64,000 nucleotides of DNA from Lama glama (GCA_028534125.1 CM052816.1:42844001-42908000); one strand, 5' to 3'; counted from the stretch's first letter, positions 40,161 to 53,426 are shown. The notes: a model not told the origin generated them from the sequence alone. Made by a program: numbers and translations.

Positions 40161-41758
40161 CTGTAAGAGGATATGAGAATAGGTGTACTGCAACTGAACA
40201 ATGCATTGGAACTTTTTAATTTTTTAACAAAAGTTGCTAATCAGCAGTCTGGCCATAGCTGATCATTATTTAATTCAAAGCACATTAAATTCTGTTAAGA
40301 CAAGTCTAAAAATATAAGATAATCCATTTCTTGTATGTCATGAAGATGCATTAGCAACAGTGTTTTAGCTTGCATCTGGCTTTATCGTGAAAATTCAGTT
40401 CCTCTCCTCCACCCCAAAATATTGCATAATGAAATAATTCTGTATTTCCAGAGAGAAATTTAAAATACCTTATTTCTGTTTACTTTGACAAAAACTTTGG
40501 ATGGTCTTGTATTCTTGTTACGAAATTGAAAGCAAGGGCCACAGATGAGATTTTAAACCTCTGAACGTCACTTGTCTGAGGGACCCAAGGAATGGCCACG
40601 GACAGTGCCCGACCCCTACCTCTGCCCTCAGCTATTTACATCTTTCTTACGCAAGTCTAGCAAACTCATAACCACAGCCTACCAGACCTCAAGCTTCTTA
40701 GGGTACAGCCCATTTCTTATTCACTGGAGACTTTCACATAATCATTTCTCTACCCATTTTTATTAAAGGCATAAAAGAGCAAACCATTAGTTTGGAGTCC
40801 CCATTTGCTATACTCCCACTTCGTAAAATGCAGAAACATGTAGACTGCAAATTTCTCTTCATTTCATTCTGGGGTGGTACTAATGGAATGACTAAATTAA
40901 ACCTCTGGTAGCTAAGTAGCAAGCAGGGCCCTAAAAGAAGGGCCAGTTAATTTGGGGATATCCTTCCTGGCCAGAAAATTCATTCTTTTGATTTGGTGGT
41001 GGGAGTTGGAGGGCAGGAGTGGTGAGGGTCAGGTATTCTATGCCAGGAACATCTGGCAGAATGAGACCATAATGTCTTCCCAGAACATCTCCAAAGGCAT
41101 CTCCATAATGGACCAAAATTTGTTAGAATTTACATGAATTTTTCTGGCATCTAGAGGAAAGGAAATGAGTTGGGGCTTTCTCTCATAAAGGAACCTTCTG
41201 ATTCCTGGTAATTCCCTCAGAATTGTGACTCGAGGCAGATGGCTGCTCCACAACCCGTGTCCCATGTCCTTCCCTCTGACAAATTAGATGAGCCTTTCAA
41301 ATCAATCCTCTTTGAAGTTAGCTCAGCTTGACTCTGCCACCACTAGCCTCCTTAAGAAGAAAAGCAGTCATTATACTGGACTCCATTAACTCATCTCTCT
41401 TTCTCACTTCTAAACGTCAGGTCTCCAGTCTGACATCTGTCTAGGCTCATTACTTGCAGTCAATGCGGGGCATTTGACTTAGGCTTCTATGATTCTGTGA
41501 TCTTAGAGTTTAAGCTCACAGCAATGGCAAGCTTGTGACATTGCCAAGTGTGAATGAAGAAAGTCTATTTTTACGTATTTATCTACCTACCAGTGACATG
41601 CTGATATTCTATGGGATATTTAAGAAATTCAGATTAAATACAAAAGGATGTCACTGATAACGAGACTGATTCCTGGCCATGAGCTCAAAGTAGAAAACCC
41701 TGAGGGACTGGGTAGAAAAGGATGACTGTTCTTGACTTAAGCAAAGGTATCTGCTCAC

Positions 41759-41954
41759 CTGATTGATATTCATTCTGCATTTTCTCTAATTCACCCCAGA
41801 TGAGCTTTTCCAGTTGGTTCATCTTTTTGAATAGTTTATTTTCTATATGCTTTACTTTGTTTAATTCTGCTTCCTGTTTTCGTGTGTTAATGAAATTCTC
41901 TAACTTGCTTGAAAGCTGCAGTAATTTTTCTTCCATTTTATTTTCAGACGTAGC
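41759..41954 (-). CDS. FAM81B: FAM81B exon (ATSENKMEEKLLQLSSKLENFINTRKQEAELNKVKHIENKLFKKMNQLEKLIWGELEKMQNEYQS)
   Basis: ttttatag acceptor, gtgagc donor on - strand; 196 nt, phase 0/1; overlaps ORF 41685..41936. Confidence 0.93.
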
Positions 41955-43561
41955 CTATAAAAGATATCATGGGGTCAAACTGCTGAAAAGAAAACCTGTG
42001 TTGATTTGTCTTTCAGTTTAGATGATTTTTTTTTTTTAACAAATCTACTTTTCCATGTTGAACACGAAAATTCAAACCAAGTTCCCTTGTATCTAAAAAC
42101 TGTGTTCACAAGTGGAAGAGTTAATTCCTTTGTTTGGCCTTGTTCATTTGTAGTTTCTGGAGCTCTACCTGGTACAAGAGAAAAGAAAAGAAAGGCTGTG
42201 GTCTTGCTAAAATACCTTGAGGATTTGGGATTTTAGTCTAGTGTTTAGAGACGTGTAGCCAAGGCAGGCATTTTTAGATACTGCTTAACCTGAGCTCCCT
42301 GGATGTGCTCCTGGTGTTAGATGTGTTATTCCCCCGAACCTCCTGTCTCTCCCTGGGCAGGCTTCAGCTAGAATGGTGGTTCTCCATCCATGCTGTGTAA
42401 CAGAAGTCACTGGGGTCATCCCACTCTGCCCCTCCCCACATTCTGATTCAGTTGGTCTCTGATGGAGCTCAGGAATTGTTGGCATTTAAAAGCTCTCCAG
42501 GTGATTCTAAGGTAATGCACCACAGGAGGCAGGAGACAGAGGCAGCCTGAGGCTAATTAGCTCCTCCTCCCTCCCCTATGGGGAATTAGGAGCAGAGGTG
42601 AGACTGATTTTAGCCCCTTTGCTTCTCCTCTCTGGTCCTGCCTGTCTCAGGAATGGTGTATTCCAGTCTCTCCTCCTTGCAGTGGGAGGTTTTTGTCCAC
42701 AAGTGACCCTGTGGTCACCCAGTGCTGCCTAGAACTGGTGGGGGAGTCTGCCTAAATCCTGGAGAAGGACTAGCAGGCCCACTTGGCTGCAGACCTGACC
42801 GCATCTACTTTAACGGCCTTATCAGTGATGCAGCTCTAAGATTTGTCTTCCTCTCTGGGGCTCCTGCCTCTATCCATTTTTAACAAACTCAGGTGGAGTC
42901 ACGGGAGCGTTATTTACTGGGCTGCCTAGAGCCCCTTTACTGACATTTCAGAAACATCTTATCTGAATCATCTGCTAGGCTGGCAGCCACTGGTGCCACT
43001 GATGGCCCTGTGCTGCTCTCCCCTGGGGCTCAGCAGCGAGGCCGCTGTGCTGGGCGCAGTGGGAGCCTGTGACAGATTTCTCACCTCCAAACTTGGGGGT
43101 GTCTCTACAAGGTCTGACCTGGCAAAGGGGTTTTGAAAACCTAGATCTCCCGGTGGATCTCTGGAAAGGTAAAGTGACTTGTCTAAGGCGGTCAGTTTTC
43201 AGGCTTTATTGTTATCTAAGCATCATCCAGGGACCTTGTTCAGGAGGACAGATTCCCAAGGGGAGGCTCTGGAGGGTCAGATGCTCTGGGTTGAGACCAG
43301 GAATCTGTACTTTAAAAAATTCCCTTTAGGTTATTCTGGTACAGGTAGAGCTCTGAGATACGGAGTTCACAGAGCTGGGGAGAAGCAAACAGGACCAGAA
43401 GGCAGGTCTCTGAAATCCTATTCCAGTGCAAAAAAAATAGGTTACTGATGCAGTGAAGGTAACTGTGAGTTTTTAAGTGTGGCTTTCGAGACCTCTACTA
43501 GTGGCTAACATCTAGGCAGGGACACGCGGCAGTTTACTTCCTGAATAACAGGACCCCTTAC

Positions 43562-43697
43562 CAGTTTCTCTTGCAGGAGCTTCAGACACTGATTTACATG
43601 GTCAAGGTGGACTTTTTCATATTTGATGAACTGGTTTTCTGTCCATTTTTGACGGTTCTCAATTTCTTCGTATACATTTGTTGATAGTGAATTAACT
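43562..43697 (-). CDS. FAM81B: FAM81B exon (VNSLSTNVYEEIENRQKWTENQFIKYEKVHLDHVNQCLKLLQEKL)
   Basis: ttttttccccttag acceptor, gtaagg donor; 136 nt, phase 2/0. Confidence 0.92.
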
Positions 43698-44054
43698 CTA
43701 AGGGGAAAAAAGTAGTTCTATTTTAACAAGTAAATGGAAACCTAAAACCAACCTTGAGTATTAAAGTCTGCAGGTTTTTCAGATGATGAGGCTTCGTGTG
43801 CTCAGCAAGCATGGCCTGATGGGGTGGGGGTGAGGGGGCCCCACCTCGAACTCGAGTTCAGCCCAACTGCTGACGACCCCTGTCCACATGCCTTGCCATG
43901 CACACCCACACAGCAGCAGGAGCACACCCACACAGAAGGCCATATGTCATCCATGCAGGTGTCCTCTCAGGACCCAGGGTACAGTGCATGCGTATGTATG
44001 TGCAGAAGAATTACTTTGATAAGTCACTTGGCGTGGGGAGTGTTACTCTATGGT

Positions 44055-44385
44055 AAGGGCCAGCAAACTTTTTCTGTAAAGGGTTAGATAATAAATATTT
44101 GCAGACTTTTTGGGCCATGTAGTCTCTGATGCAACCACTCAGCTCTGCTGTTACACTGCCGTTGCAGCAGGAAAGCAGCCACAGGTGACACACACGAGTC
44201 TGGCTTACAAAGAAACAATGAGCAAATGAGCATGGCTGTGGTCTAATCAAACTTTTACATTTCATAGACGATTCGCATGTCATAAAATAAATTTTTTTCT
44301 TTAAAAAATTATTAGGAGTGTAAAAATCATCCTTAGCTGTGGGCAGATTGGCTAAGGGTGGTGGTTCGCTGAATCTTTGCTCAAC
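44055..44385. mobile_element. MER58-like hAT MITE
   Basis: cagcaaactttttctgtaaaggg...aaatattt...tgggcca...caaccactcagctctgc...gaaagcagcca. Confidence 0.7.
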
Positions 44386-45214
44386 AAGTGCCACTCTAAG
44401 GCTGCGGGAGGAGCTGGGCAGAGAGACTTGCGTTGTCTAGGAGAGGAGAGAACAGAGTGTCCAAGGGAGATACTCTTTGGTTGTTGTCTCTGCTTCAGGC
44501 AAAATCTTCAGTAAAGTCTCCACTGTATCTCTGTGAGTGCATTCTTTGGGCGGGGAAGGTGGGGGCTGAAAGAGGTGCCGAGTTATTCACCTGGGGCAAA
44601 ACCAGAAATAATAGGCAGAAGTGCAGGAAGGGATTGCTGGCATCAAGTTGATGCACCACAGAGTATTAAATAACAGAGAATGAAGGATTTTTAACAATAG
44701 ATTAAAGATAAAAAGGGTTGTACTCATGTCATCAATTTGAAAAGAATGGCCGAACGTTTGAGTAGAAGGTGAATCCTCATCTGAAATGATGGAGAAATAG
44801 GCTGAGAAGAGAGGGGATGAGAGATGGGGACCAGCAAGTGGTTTCTGTATGTTTTCTGGGTGTGACTTGCTCATGGTAACATGTCAATTTCAAATTCCCT
44901 TTTAGAGTAGGCTAAATATTAGACTAGAGGGAACAATCCATGTTGTTTGTTATTGAAAATATTCAGATTACCTTGCAATGTGGGGGGGCTTGAAATAATA
45001 GTTACTTGAATGATATGAAAAGTTAGATGAAGCTAAATTAGTTTGTGATATTTATCACTGGAAATGGCCTAAGACGGGCTGAACATGTACATGTCTGTCT
45101 ATATATGTCTGTCTCTATACATGTATGTGTCTTTATAGCTCTCCTGAAAAAGTGTTTGGACTAATAGTTGGAAAAGATAAGTTATGTGAGGTCATTTCCA
45201 TTTATATTTAAACT

Positions 45215-45390
45215 AGGTGTCAGTTAGCAGTACCTGAAGATATTTCTGGTTGTCACAGATGGGAGCTGCTCCTACCCTGGGAGTGGGTGGAGGCCAGGAT
45301 GCTGCTAAGCATCCTGCAGTGCACAGGGCAGCCCCACAACAAAGAATTATCCCACCTCAATGTAACCAGTCCCGAGGTTGAGCAACTCGG
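45215..45390. mobile_element. MER20-like hAT MITE
   Basis: ggttgtcaca...gaggccaggatgctgctaagcatcctgcagtgcacagggcagcccc...gaggttgag. Confidence 0.7.
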
Positions 45391-45649
45391 ATTCAGATAA
45401 TGTAGTCAAGGAATGGGAAGGTAGTTACTTTCCCAATAGTTATATTTGTTGTAGTATAATAGCTAAATTCTGATCTTTATCTTTCTGAATTAACACTTTT
45501 TGATACAGAGAGGGATATTTTTCACATACAAAACATACCTTGATTCAGAAGAGTATCTCATAATTAAGAAGATGCAGTTGGTTACTCTTCCTGTTCTTAG
45601 TCTAATCAGGATTTCTAAACACTAACGTGACTGGCTTACAACTGCTGGA

Positions 45650-46035
45650 TCTCAGGCAAATAAGTCCCCAGCTGAGAGGTGGACAACCTCTTTTTAGCCA
45701 ACTGTTTCCTCTGTCTGCAACACTCTTCCTTAGAATATACAATGGCTCCTTTTCTAATTTCATTCAGATTTATATTCAAGCACTTATATATATATATATA
45801 TATATATATCAGAGAAGTTTTGTTTGTTTGTTTTTGACCACACACACACAAAATCCCTTTCCCCACCTGACACTCACTATTCCTTTGACCTTCTTTGTCT
45901 CCAGAACACTCATCACCATGTGATATGTATTAATTTGTGTGCTGTCTCCTCCACTAGAACCTAAGCTCCATGAAAGCAAGGATTTTGCTTTGTTCATGGC
46001 TGTGAACAGTGCCTGGAATATAGAAAGTGCTCAGT
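45650..46035 (+). mobile_element. L2 3' fragment with internal (TA)n
   Basis: ccactagaacctaagctccatgaaagcaagg...cagtgcctggaatatagaaagtgctcagtaa. Confidence 0.7.
45785..45809. repeat. (TA)12 microsatellite
   Basis: Direct reading. Confidence 0.95.
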
Positions 46036-48107
46036 AAGTAGTGACTGAATAAAGGATTTATTCTTTCTCATCGGATACCTTTTATTAGGGCTGTTCACAA
46101 ATAACAAAACACAGACTTGTCAAGCTATTTAGAGACCTAATCGTTGATTTTCATCTTCGTCTCTGGTGGAAATATTAATTAATAATGTTAGTTAAGGGGA
46201 ACAGTAAATCCCCAGATAACTAAGAGGTAGCTTTACAATCGAGAATCTGTCCTTCAGTGCTCACCTTTACTGTGTAAATAAATGAGAACATTTACTCTCA
46301 TCACGGATAAATTATTAAAATCCCTCTGAAAATCAAGAAACCATTAAATGTACTTAGGTAATACCTCTGGAAGGACATGCCAGTAATTGAAACTCTGAAA
46401 TTAAAATAAAGCCATAAAGAATGAGTTACTTCTTCTGATCCTTTTATAACAAGGTTTTGCCTGCAATTGGAGACTCACTTTCTTGGTAGCAATCAGAGGT
46501 GATATTCTGTCTGTTGGTAGTTTATTGAAATATGTAAGCATTATTTGAAAGGCATTCTCCTTGAAAGAAAAAAAGGATAAAAATAGAGGTTTCTATAAAT
46601 CTTTTTCTTTCTTTAGACTTTTTCCTAACATAATGGACATGATTTGCCATATAATAATTGTTTTTCTGTTAACTGTAGAACATACTGTTAAAATCTCAAT
46701 AGGATGAATTTATCTCGATGACACTCACATTTGAGTTTCCAAATCCTCTATATTGATGTTTATGGGAGGATTTTGATCAGATGTAGTTAGATATAGATAG
46801 GGATATAGATAGGATAGATGGATAAGTAGATAGACAGGCTGATAGATAGCTTTTTCTTTCCTTCTTCTCAAAACACAAGTCAGACCTTAAAATTATGCAC
46901 AGAGACCTCACTAAGACAAATGTGAGATAAAGCCTGGTTCCAAAAACTTTTTTGTTACTGATATAATCAGGTTAAAATGTACACTAAGGGCAATTATAAG
47001 TGAGAAAGTTACAGAATAGTAAAGGAGAATTTGACAGGGATCCACAGACCCAGCGGATCCTTGGGTGAGGGCCGTGATGAGAGTGAATGGTCAGGGCAGA
47101 GTGTAGGGCTTGGAACAAATATCTCAGTGGCCTCCGTGGTTACGGCTGACATAGATAAATGAGGACATAGCTCCATCCTGGGCTAGTTTTACTAGTTCAC
47201 TTATGTCTCAAACCCAATTGTCTTGCATTCACAATCTGTTGAATGAACTTTTTTAGGAGACATGAACATTTTGAATTCTTGGAAAATGTTATTACTACCA
47301 GGCTGTCAAGAATTCAGGTAGTGGCTTTAACCACATGGGAACATAAAAAGATGGAGTGCCCTTTAATGCACTATAAACACAGAAGATGTTTTCATTTTTT
47401 GTAATTCACTTTGAATAACTGCTTCAGACTATGTGCATTTCTTTAGAGATTGAGTCTAAGAATTTCTTTCATGTCAGATGCAAGAAATTAATTTTAAGAA
47501 ACATTTTTTTCTTCTAAGTTGATACCCGTATACCTTAAACTAATTTCTTCTTAATGTTCTGTGATTTCTCGTTAGTGATACAAATTTAAAAGCAATTCCA
47601 ACTCCACTCTAATAGGAAGACTTTGTCGTTCATTCTAAATTGTACTTGAGTTTAAATCCCAGTATCTTCATAGCCTCATACCTTCATGGTTTTGAACACA
47701 TGTGATTCTTCCTTTCCCTAAATGTCTATAGCACAGTTAGTGTACTCACAGGTGGAATTATGAGATGGAGGCATCACAGATTGACAAAAATAACCTGGGA
47801 TTTGGAGTCAGACACTTTGTAGCTGTGTGACTGTGGGCAAACTACTTAATCTCCATGATTATAATACTCCTTGTCTTTGAAACGAGACTAAGACCCAGCC
47901 TACAGAGCTGGGTGCCCTTGAACATCTTGAGCACCTGGTAGGCATTTGTAAATAACAATGAATATTTATTATTTCTGTCTAATGATATATCTCATTTAAC
48001 ATTGTCTTAACTTTTACTTTAACTGTTTTTAGCTTTTCACTTAATATGGCTATGATTATATCTTTGGATATTCTAAAATACAACTTACATATTACAGGTG
48101 CTCTAAA

Positions 48108-48143
48108 CATTCATTCATTCATTCATTCATTCATTCATTCATT
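48108..48143. repeat. (CATT)9 tetranucleotide repeat, probably an expanded L2 tail
   Basis: Direct reading; followed by L2-like tgggtgctgaggatgcaaagatgaatgagaca. Confidence 0.9.
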
Positions 48144-48859
48144 GGCTTCTATTTGTGTCTGAATGTACTGGGTGCTGAGGATGCAAAGATGAATGAGACA
48201 GGTCCTTGCTCTTGTCCCCTTCTACTGTGGTAGCGTTTTCAAAGCCACGTGTAGTAAGATTTGACTCTATGTATTTACTTCATTAACCAAATGCTCTTTC
48301 TTATAAATCACTATCAACTGAACAGTGTCAGCATCGAGAGCTATCTAGGGAGTGACTGGTAGGGGCCACCCCTGCTGAAGTACAGCCGTAGTTCATGACA
48401 GCCAAGACTCGTGCTCTGTAAGCACTGAGTTGTTGGCTTAGGACATTACTTAGCTGAACATCTAAGACCTTTCTGGAAAGATGAGAGAGAATCCCTTTAA
48501 TGTGGGGATTCAGATAACACAGCCTGTGTGTCTCCTTTGTCAGTTCTAGTGATCAGTGCCAACGTCCCACGAATTCACTAGAAACCCCCCAGACAATATT
48601 GAGGCATTTAAGTTCAATATAAAATATATTCAGTTTACCACTTAACTTGAATTTGTTAAAGTTTCTAAATGGGAAATTTGCTCAATTAAACTTAACCTTT
48701 AATGTTATTAACATTCTTGTAATTCCTTTGTTCAGAGACAGTTTCTTAAAAAAGAAAAGCAAATTCTATACCCCATCCACTTTGATTTGAGAAGTGCTTT
48801 GATTGGAAAAAAAAAAAAGAGCCCTATCTGCCTTATTTTCTCTTTGAGCAAGATCCTTG

Positions 48860-49730
48860 GCAATATGTACCTCAAAGGGTTAATATCCCTAATATTAATA
48901 TTCCCAATTGGAAGGAATCCTACCAATTGATAGGAAAATGATAAAAATCACAATACAAAATTTGACAAATGATACGAATGGGCAGTTCACAGAAAAGGAA
49001 ATCCACATGGTGAAAGTAATGCAAGTAAAAACAATTGAGATGCTATTTTTCATCCTTTAATTGGCAGATAGTAAAAAGGATATCCAGTGTGGATAAGAAC
49101 ATACAGAAAGGTCTTATGCACTGCTGGTGTGAGTGTAAATTGCTACAACATTTTCAGAAAGAAATTTTGTAAAAACTAATAAATACATAAACTCTTTCAC
49201 CTAGGAATCTTGCCTGTAGAAATAACAGCACCTGTAAGTAAGAATACTTAAGGATATATGCACAGTAATTTTTGTTTGTGGTAGCTAGAAACTGGAAAGA
49301 ATCTCTTCATCAGTAAGATAAATGGTTGAATTAATTATGGCATATCTGTAAGTCAAAATATCATGCAGCTGTGAAAAATAATGCTAGAATAACAGTCACT
49401 GATCCAGAGGGAGATACCCAAGATGTTCTGGGCAAAAACAAATTATTGAGTAATGTGTATAGGATTTATTTTAAAAAACCCATGCTCTCTGCTTATATAT
49501 AATGAATGGTTTATATATATATAAGTTTTATGTATTTGTATAAATACATTTATAAGTCCTTTTTCTGTTACATATTTATGTTAACAAGGGGGAAAATGTG
49601 GAAAGCTACATCTCTAGTGTTAACATTGGTTACATTAGGAAGCAGGGATAGTGATCTCTTTTTTCATCTTGGTCTTTTTTATTTGTTACAATGATTGCAT
49701 ATTACTTTTTAATTAAAAACATCAATGGGG
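48860..49730 (+). mobile_element. Old L1 3' end
   Basis: gggcagttcacagaaaaggaaat...gctggtgtgagtgtaaattg...aaatggttgaattaattatgg. Confidence 0.75.
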
Positions 49731-50353
49731 AAAAATTTTTAAAAAGAGTCATGGGTGCAATTGAATTATTAGAGCTTATAAGTATTTGCCTGGGGAAAAA
49801 CCTGGTTTATAAATTCACTATTACCTTCTGCAAATCTGATGACATTTTAAGACTTCATTGTTTCACGGGAGAAAAAGATTCCAGTTTACACTACTACAAA
49901 AGTGTCCAGGTTCAGATTTAACTATTTAGATGATTCGTCTATAAGTCAGCTTTCCACAGGACTGAAGATGGAAAAAATACGCAGCATCAGCAGTGAAGGA
50001 GTCAGCCCTAGACATCAGACATTTCCTCTTTCCCTCTTTTCTATTTGTTAATATTCTTCATCTCTTTAAGCCAGTCTTCCATTCCAGACTGTAAGTCCAT
50101 TTTCTCCCCCAGTAAAATAAATTCTTAAATTGTACTTCTAGAAACATTTTATTTTTCTACTTCTCCCTTGGACATTTTTCTCTATCTTAATTTAATTCTA
50201 AGATAAAGGGATTAGATTAAGCATGACACAGATATTTACTGAATACCCTCCCTGTGCTGAATTTAAGAACCCAGACACGCTTTTTTGGAGAATGAAGAAA
50301 GTAGGTGTTTTCTGTTTATCCAAGATATCTACGTCTCTGACTTAGTGATGACT

Positions 50354-50528
50354 ACTGTTTTTCATCAATTTCTAGGACATAAATATTTCTTAATTTAATA
50401 TCTCTGAAATTGGGAGGCTTCTTAAAATGATGGTGTGCTATGGTTTAATTGTTAGCTTCATGTCTTAGAGGTACAAGAATATAATGGTACATCTTATGGC
50501 CAATGGCACTTAGATTTAATGAAATACG
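50354..50528. mobile_element. Tc2-type MITE (MER104/Kanga-like)
   Basis: Imperfect TIRs tgtttttcatcaatttctag...ttagatttaatgaaatacg; internal atctctgaaattggga. Confidence 0.5.
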
Positions 50529-50959
50529 ATAGAGATTGGGGAAAATGGAGACAGCAGAGTATATTCAGAATACTGGATTTGACCAAGGCATTAAGCTCAG
50601 GTGATGTGGGACAGAGGGAAAAAAACAGAACAGAAGGGGCAGTAATGTAGTATCATCCAAAGGAGTAGGATTTCCCTGTGCCTGAAATGGTGGTCATTTA
50701 AATAAGAAAGGGGGATTTGAGGATACAGAGGCCAGTAGTTTGAATGTGGAGTCTTGTCTCCTTTATTGCTTTCTCCATTGCATAGAGGAAAACTCAGTGT
50801 AAGGGCATAGAGACCAGTCTTTAAAATAGGGAAACTATAACCGTGCAAGTAGAGGATCTTAGAAGAAATCTCAGGAGAAAAGCTTGTACATCAAAGTTGT
50901 TTAAAAATTATTTGATAATCTTGTGGAATCTGTGTATGTTGTATGTTCAAAGTTCTTTT

Positions 50960-51089
50960 GATTATTTTATTTTGGCAGATGGGGAGGTAAATTAGGTTTA
51001 TTTATTTTTGGAGGAGGTACTGGATTTTGAACCCAGGACCCTGTGCATGCTAAGCATGCGCTCTGCTACTTGAGCTATATCCTCCCCCC
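50960..51089 (-). mobile_element. tRNA-Ala-derived SINE (Vic-1-like, camelid)
   Basis: Same head and tail structure as 28051-28176; TSD tcaaagttcttt / tcaatagttcttt. Confidence 0.85.
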
Positions 51090-51406
51090 TCAATAGTTCT
51101 TTACAGTGAAGCATTTTAATAAATGATTGATGATAAATCAAAATCATACTCTATAGGAAAGGTTAGGATAAGTATCGTTTCGGTTAAGATATTATGCAAA
51201 CAGAATGACAAATAAATACATATTTCTTTTTTATTATTAATATTGTGTATTACTTTAGTGTAAAATATTCTCTGCATTCGTTTGTTGCTTTATTTCTTGG
51301 CCAGGTTCAAATTCCTGGGATAGGGTTATATTTAATGCCAATGCTTTCATTAGGCAAAACCCTTTGGAATGCATTAAACAGAATTAAAAATCTTCCATTC
51401 ACTTAC

Positions 51407-51513
51407 TTGAACTCCAAAAGGTTCACTTCATGGCGATAATCCCCCTGGACCATCTTTAAATTTGAAGTTTGCTCAGAACTGGAAGCCTCTATCTTTCCTA
51501 AGAGCTGTGTTAC
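51407..51513 (-). CDS. FAM81B: FAM81B exon (VTQLLGKIEASSSEQTSNLKMVQGDYRHEVNLLEFK)
   Basis: tttctttag acceptor, gtaagt donor; 107 nt, phase 0/2. Confidence 0.92.
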
Positions 51514-52605
51514 CTAAAGAAAGTACAAAAGGGAACTTTTGTGTGTGTGAACAACACCACTAGCACTTACACCTTAATTATACTTTATTCCTAAAGGAGC
51601 CAGGGATAAAGATATGAGCCTAAAGCAAATTTGCATTTGAAAATGATTTTTTTCAAAGGAATGATTCAACAATTATAGCACTATCTTCAGGGGAAGGACA
51701 AAGGGGGAGTGTTCTGTTCGCTGTCTGTAACAGTCTTTTTGATAACAGACTGTGTGATGAGATGACAAAATGGACTATTAACATTGGTTTATCAATTTGT
51801 TAATTTGATTATTTCTTTACTTTCTGTCTCCCAGGTTGCAATGTAAGCCACTCTGTCCTCTATCACCACTAGATATCTAGGTGCACATTAGATGACCAAT
51901 GGTCAGTGCTCACCAAATAACTTACTGAATAAATGCTTAAATGTACAGTTGGGCTCTGTGAAGAAAACACATGAGTGGCCTAAGGTCAGGCCTCAGAAAT
52001 TTCCAAGTAGGATTCTGACAGGAGTATAGGGGAAGGCCAAGTGAAATGACCTAGGGCGTATAAAAGCAGGAAGACATAAGTTCCAGGTTTGGGAGTTAGG
52101 ATAAAAGTGCCTTCCACATTGAGGAAGTTCTTTAGGTGACAGGACTGGATGGGGAAACAGACGCAGAATAGCAGCAGCCCGTAATCATGTCCATGCAAAT
52201 GAAACTACACGGTTACCTTCAGTCAAACAATTTAACTCCTGAAAGAGACGGTCATGTGGAACTCAGTGGTACTTAACGAAATTTGAGTTCTCTTGGAAAA
52301 GAAAGAGGTGAATAATGGAAGGGTTTGAACAGACAGACGTTGGATGGGCAACCGATACCACATGAATGCTTATTTATAGGAGATACACTCAAAACAGTGT
52401 ATTTATAGGAGGTACACTCAAAAGCAGAATTGTTAGCAATGAAAGATAGGGAAATACGAGCCTGGAAAAGCAAAGGCAAAGAAAGCAGGCAGAGCAATGT
52501 CATTAGACAAAACGTTCCGCAAGGCAAGCTCTGCTAAAGGGGGCAAAGACGGTCATTTAAAATCCACAGTGAAAAACAGTTTTGAATCCTTATTTACCTT
52601 AAATA

Positions 52606-52642
52606 TTGGAAGGCAGCTATCTAACCACTAGACCACCAATGC
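52606..52642 (-). pseudogene. Tailless retrocopy of the 5' half of tRNA-Gly(TCC)
   Basis: Reverse complement GCATTGGTGGTCTAGTGGTTAGATAGCTGCCTTCCAA versus tRNA-Gly-TCC GCGTTGGTGGTATAGTGGTTAGCATAGCTGCCTTCCAA; ends just after the anticodon; direct repeat TTTACCTTA(A/T)ATATTG on both sides. Confidence 0.85.
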
Positions 52643-53039
52643 TTCTGTTTACCTTATATATTGAACTAAAAAGCAACAGTTGTAGAATTATAAGGATAAA
52701 CTAACAGAGACAATATATTAGAGATTTTAAATGACATCTCTTGACTCTTACTGGTCAAGTAAGTAAAATATAAATAAATATATAGGAAGATATGAAAAAG
52801 ATAGTTTATTTAATAGATTTACATACCAAACAATCTAACTTACAAACAGCAAATATTCATCCTTTCCCAGTGCCTACTGAGCATTTGTAAAAACTAAGCA
52901 AACATGACTGCAGAGAAACTCAAATTATTCCAAAAAAGCAGGAAAAGCAGCCAACTATACTGCACTAAAACTAGAAATGAATAAATGGATAAAGAAACAA
53001 AAATCTAACCATTTGAGTAAAAGAACACTTTTTAAATTC

Positions 53040-53426
53040 TGTTTTTAATTTCAGTGTTTCACATGAAAATGTGCCTCTCAGGTCACATATAAGTAGCATC
53101 TTACAGCCAAAGGCCTTGACTGCTGTGCCCAAAACCCATCACCCTGTGTTGAGGCCATGATTCCCACTGGCTGCTCCCAGTGAGTGAGCTGTAGTCCTTT
53201 GATGAGTGACTCTGGTTCAAGGAACTAGATGAAGCTTCGTTAGAATGGCATTGCAGCCTAGGACCTTCCTCTGCTGTCTTTTTCACAGGAGTCAGTTGCA
53301 CTGCAGTCGGATAGCTCTCTTCATCTCCTTCAGTTCCCTCCCCATTTTCCTTCACAGTTTTTTCCCCTCAATAAATCTCTTGCACGTCTACTTCCTTTAT
53401 GGCATTTGCTTTTCAGTGGACTAACA
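53040..53426 (+). mobile_element. ERVL LTR16-like element inside L1
   Basis: Typical 3' portion ...ccttcacag...cccctcAATAAAtctcttgcacgtcta...ggcatttgcttt...gactaaca; GC-richer island within A-rich L1. Confidence 0.65.

Noticed and set aside
44011..44394. 127-aa minus-strand ORF
   Set aside because: Coincides with the MER58-like MITE
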